64,000 bases of DNA from Antedon mediterranea (taxonomy: Eukaryota > Animalia > Echinodermata), in assembly GCF_964355755.1 (NCBI RefSeq), contig NC_092671.1:5332001-5396000 (forward strand), written 5' to 3'. The notes under the pieces are model-generated. The model was not told the origin of the DNA. It did no database searches and saw nothing but the letters and a program-made list of their open reading frames with translations. The translations under genes and the position numbers were made by a program. This document shows, in pieces, positions 62,301 to 64,000 of this stretch. Numbering within the stretch: position 1 is the first letter of the stretch; each line of letters starts with the position of its first letter.

Positions 62301-63331
62301 TTGAGGACCAGAATGAATACTGTTACCAACTTTCTTTTTACTTTCCTAAATGTTTTGTTTTAACTTTTCAGATATTATCTCTTACGTTGGACGGTCTAAC
62401 CGGAGCAGCTCAAGATAAAATGCGTGGAGAATACAAAACGTCTCCTTATCATATGATGTTTAATATTAATAAGTGGTCTGTCCTATTTCTTTTAATACGT
62501 AAGTACAATATATTATCATTTTTATATGTTAGTGAATGCATGGAACATTTGTTACTAAAAGTGTTTTCAACTTAATATTCTAATTCAAAATGTTCTGTTT
62601 ATTTACAGTTTGTTTAGTCACTGGTGAATTATTTCAATTTATGGAGTTTTTATCTCGCTATCCAAACACGATTCCTAATATATTATTATTTGGCTTAGCA
62701 AGTGCTGTTGGCCAGGTAAGTTGTAATATTTAGATTGTTCTCCCTTTCGTATTTAACAATTAGCCACCATAGAGCTCTGTCTACACTATCAAACAAAGTG
62801 TTATGTGCCCATATATGGACATGATGATGTCATATCACTACCATATGTGAGCATATCACTACCATTGGGCACATCACATTTTTTTGTCAAAACTAGTTTT
62901 ATAATGTAGACAGAACTTTAGTATAAACTACACTTAAATTAAAAGACACCCTTAAACTAATGAGCTAGGCTGGCTATTAAGACCTTTTTATCATCTTCAT
63001 TTTTCACTGATAGTATTTAGTTTAACATTTCTGCAAATCCCTGAACCTCCTCTGGCTTCTGGCTTGTATTAACATTTTGTTGTATTGTATAAAATATTGT
63101 AATTATGTTGTTTTTTTGTTTCAGAGTTTCATTTTCACAACAGTGTCGTCGTTCGGCCCACTGACGTGTTCAATTATCACGACAACGCGCAAGTTCTTCA
63201 CAATTCTCGGCTCTGTAATTCTCTTTAACAACCCCCTCATTTACCGACAATGGATAGGGGTTTTATTCGTGTTTATCGGGCTCGGTCTTGATAGTATGTA
63301 TGGAAAAAACAGAAAAGTAGAAAAGCGCTGA
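59338..63331 (+). CDS. SLC35B1: Solute carrier family 35 member B1 (UGTrel1/AXER, ER ATP/ADP exchanger)
   Basis: Exons 59338 (or second ATG 59512)-59597, 59988-60082, 60825-60983, 61641-61801, 62372-62498, 62609-62715, 63125-63331. Motifs [85 protein letters not shown]. Confidence 0.95.
61020..61255 (+). mobile_element. Decayed tRNA-derived SINE with A-rich tail
   Basis: ggagctgtaacttggtggtta..cagggataaatcctg (degenerate A and B boxes), ending in an (AAT)n-like tail. Confidence 0.4.
62773..62917. mobile_element. MITE family A, copy 9
   Basis: agctctgtctacactatcaaac..aatgtagacagaact. Confidence 0.8.
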
Positions 63332-64000
63332 TAGTACTTGCCATGTTTAGAATACGTATTTAAATATTAAGAATTATAACACATTATATGGCTAATTTGT
63401 AGGCTGGATACTGCTGTAGTAAAGAAAGTGTGTATATTTTAATTGTCTATGTTATAGCAGCCACAAGGCAGCCTATATTGTTTATAGATCTTTCTACTCC
63501 TTTTTATCAGTGATACTGATATCTTCTTTGTATATGGGAAAAATGTCCAGAGAATAATTTAATGAGAGCACACAACTTGCCCAAAACAAGAGGCAGCTTG
63601 GGGGTGGAGGCCTAATGTTACAATCTCTTTACTTTCCCCTATTACCCAGACTGAGTTATGCAATACATTATTCAATTGCATTAATTATATAACAACTGCT
63701 TAGAGATAATGGTTGTTAATTTGAATATGATGTTGAATTCCATAATATAGACTGCTACTGTAATATTTATAGTAGGCACAAAGAAAATACTCTGATATAA
63801 ACATGTTATTAAAAGATGCATTGTTACTCTCCTTGACAGAATATGTAACTGTTGGTAAAATGTCATTTAAGGTTCAAAGTACACAGTATCTACACACAAG
63901 TTGAATAGCCTAACAGATGATGACATTTTTGTTTGCATTATTTTATGATCATTTATAAGTATTTGTGGATAATAACATCAATACTATGCACGCTGGGTTT

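Overview
AT-rich, intron-containing DNA from an invertebrate animal. Exon structures are vertebrate-like, so a deuterostome such as an echinoderm is plausible but cannot be proven here. Six protein-coding genes were reconstructed by hand from GT-AG splice sites: YEATS2 (minus, 3' end outside the window), a RERG/RERGL-like small GTPase (minus), CSTF3/CstF-77 (plus, 20 exons), WASHC3/CCDC53 (minus), a myosin essential light chain (plus) and SLC35B1 (plus). Introns and spacers hold a decayed Sola2-like DNA transposon, a Kolobok-like element, three Harbinger-type MITE families, tRNA-derived SINEs and several minisatellites. The leading finding is CSTF3 intron 3: a weak GAG|GTTACT donor, a 9-kb intron, a short read-through ORF and a candidate intronic poly(A) site, matching the vertebrate CstF-77 autoregulatory architecture. 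Other highlights are candidate alternative N- and C-termini plus a CArG-box internal promoter in the light-chain gene, a GTPase lacking both switch residues, a fold-back element with 21 TTGCGCAA sites, and a strongly over-represented TAGGCCTA palindrome. No CRISPR, rRNA or bona fide tRNA gene was seen. Comparisons with human proteins are from memory, not from a search.
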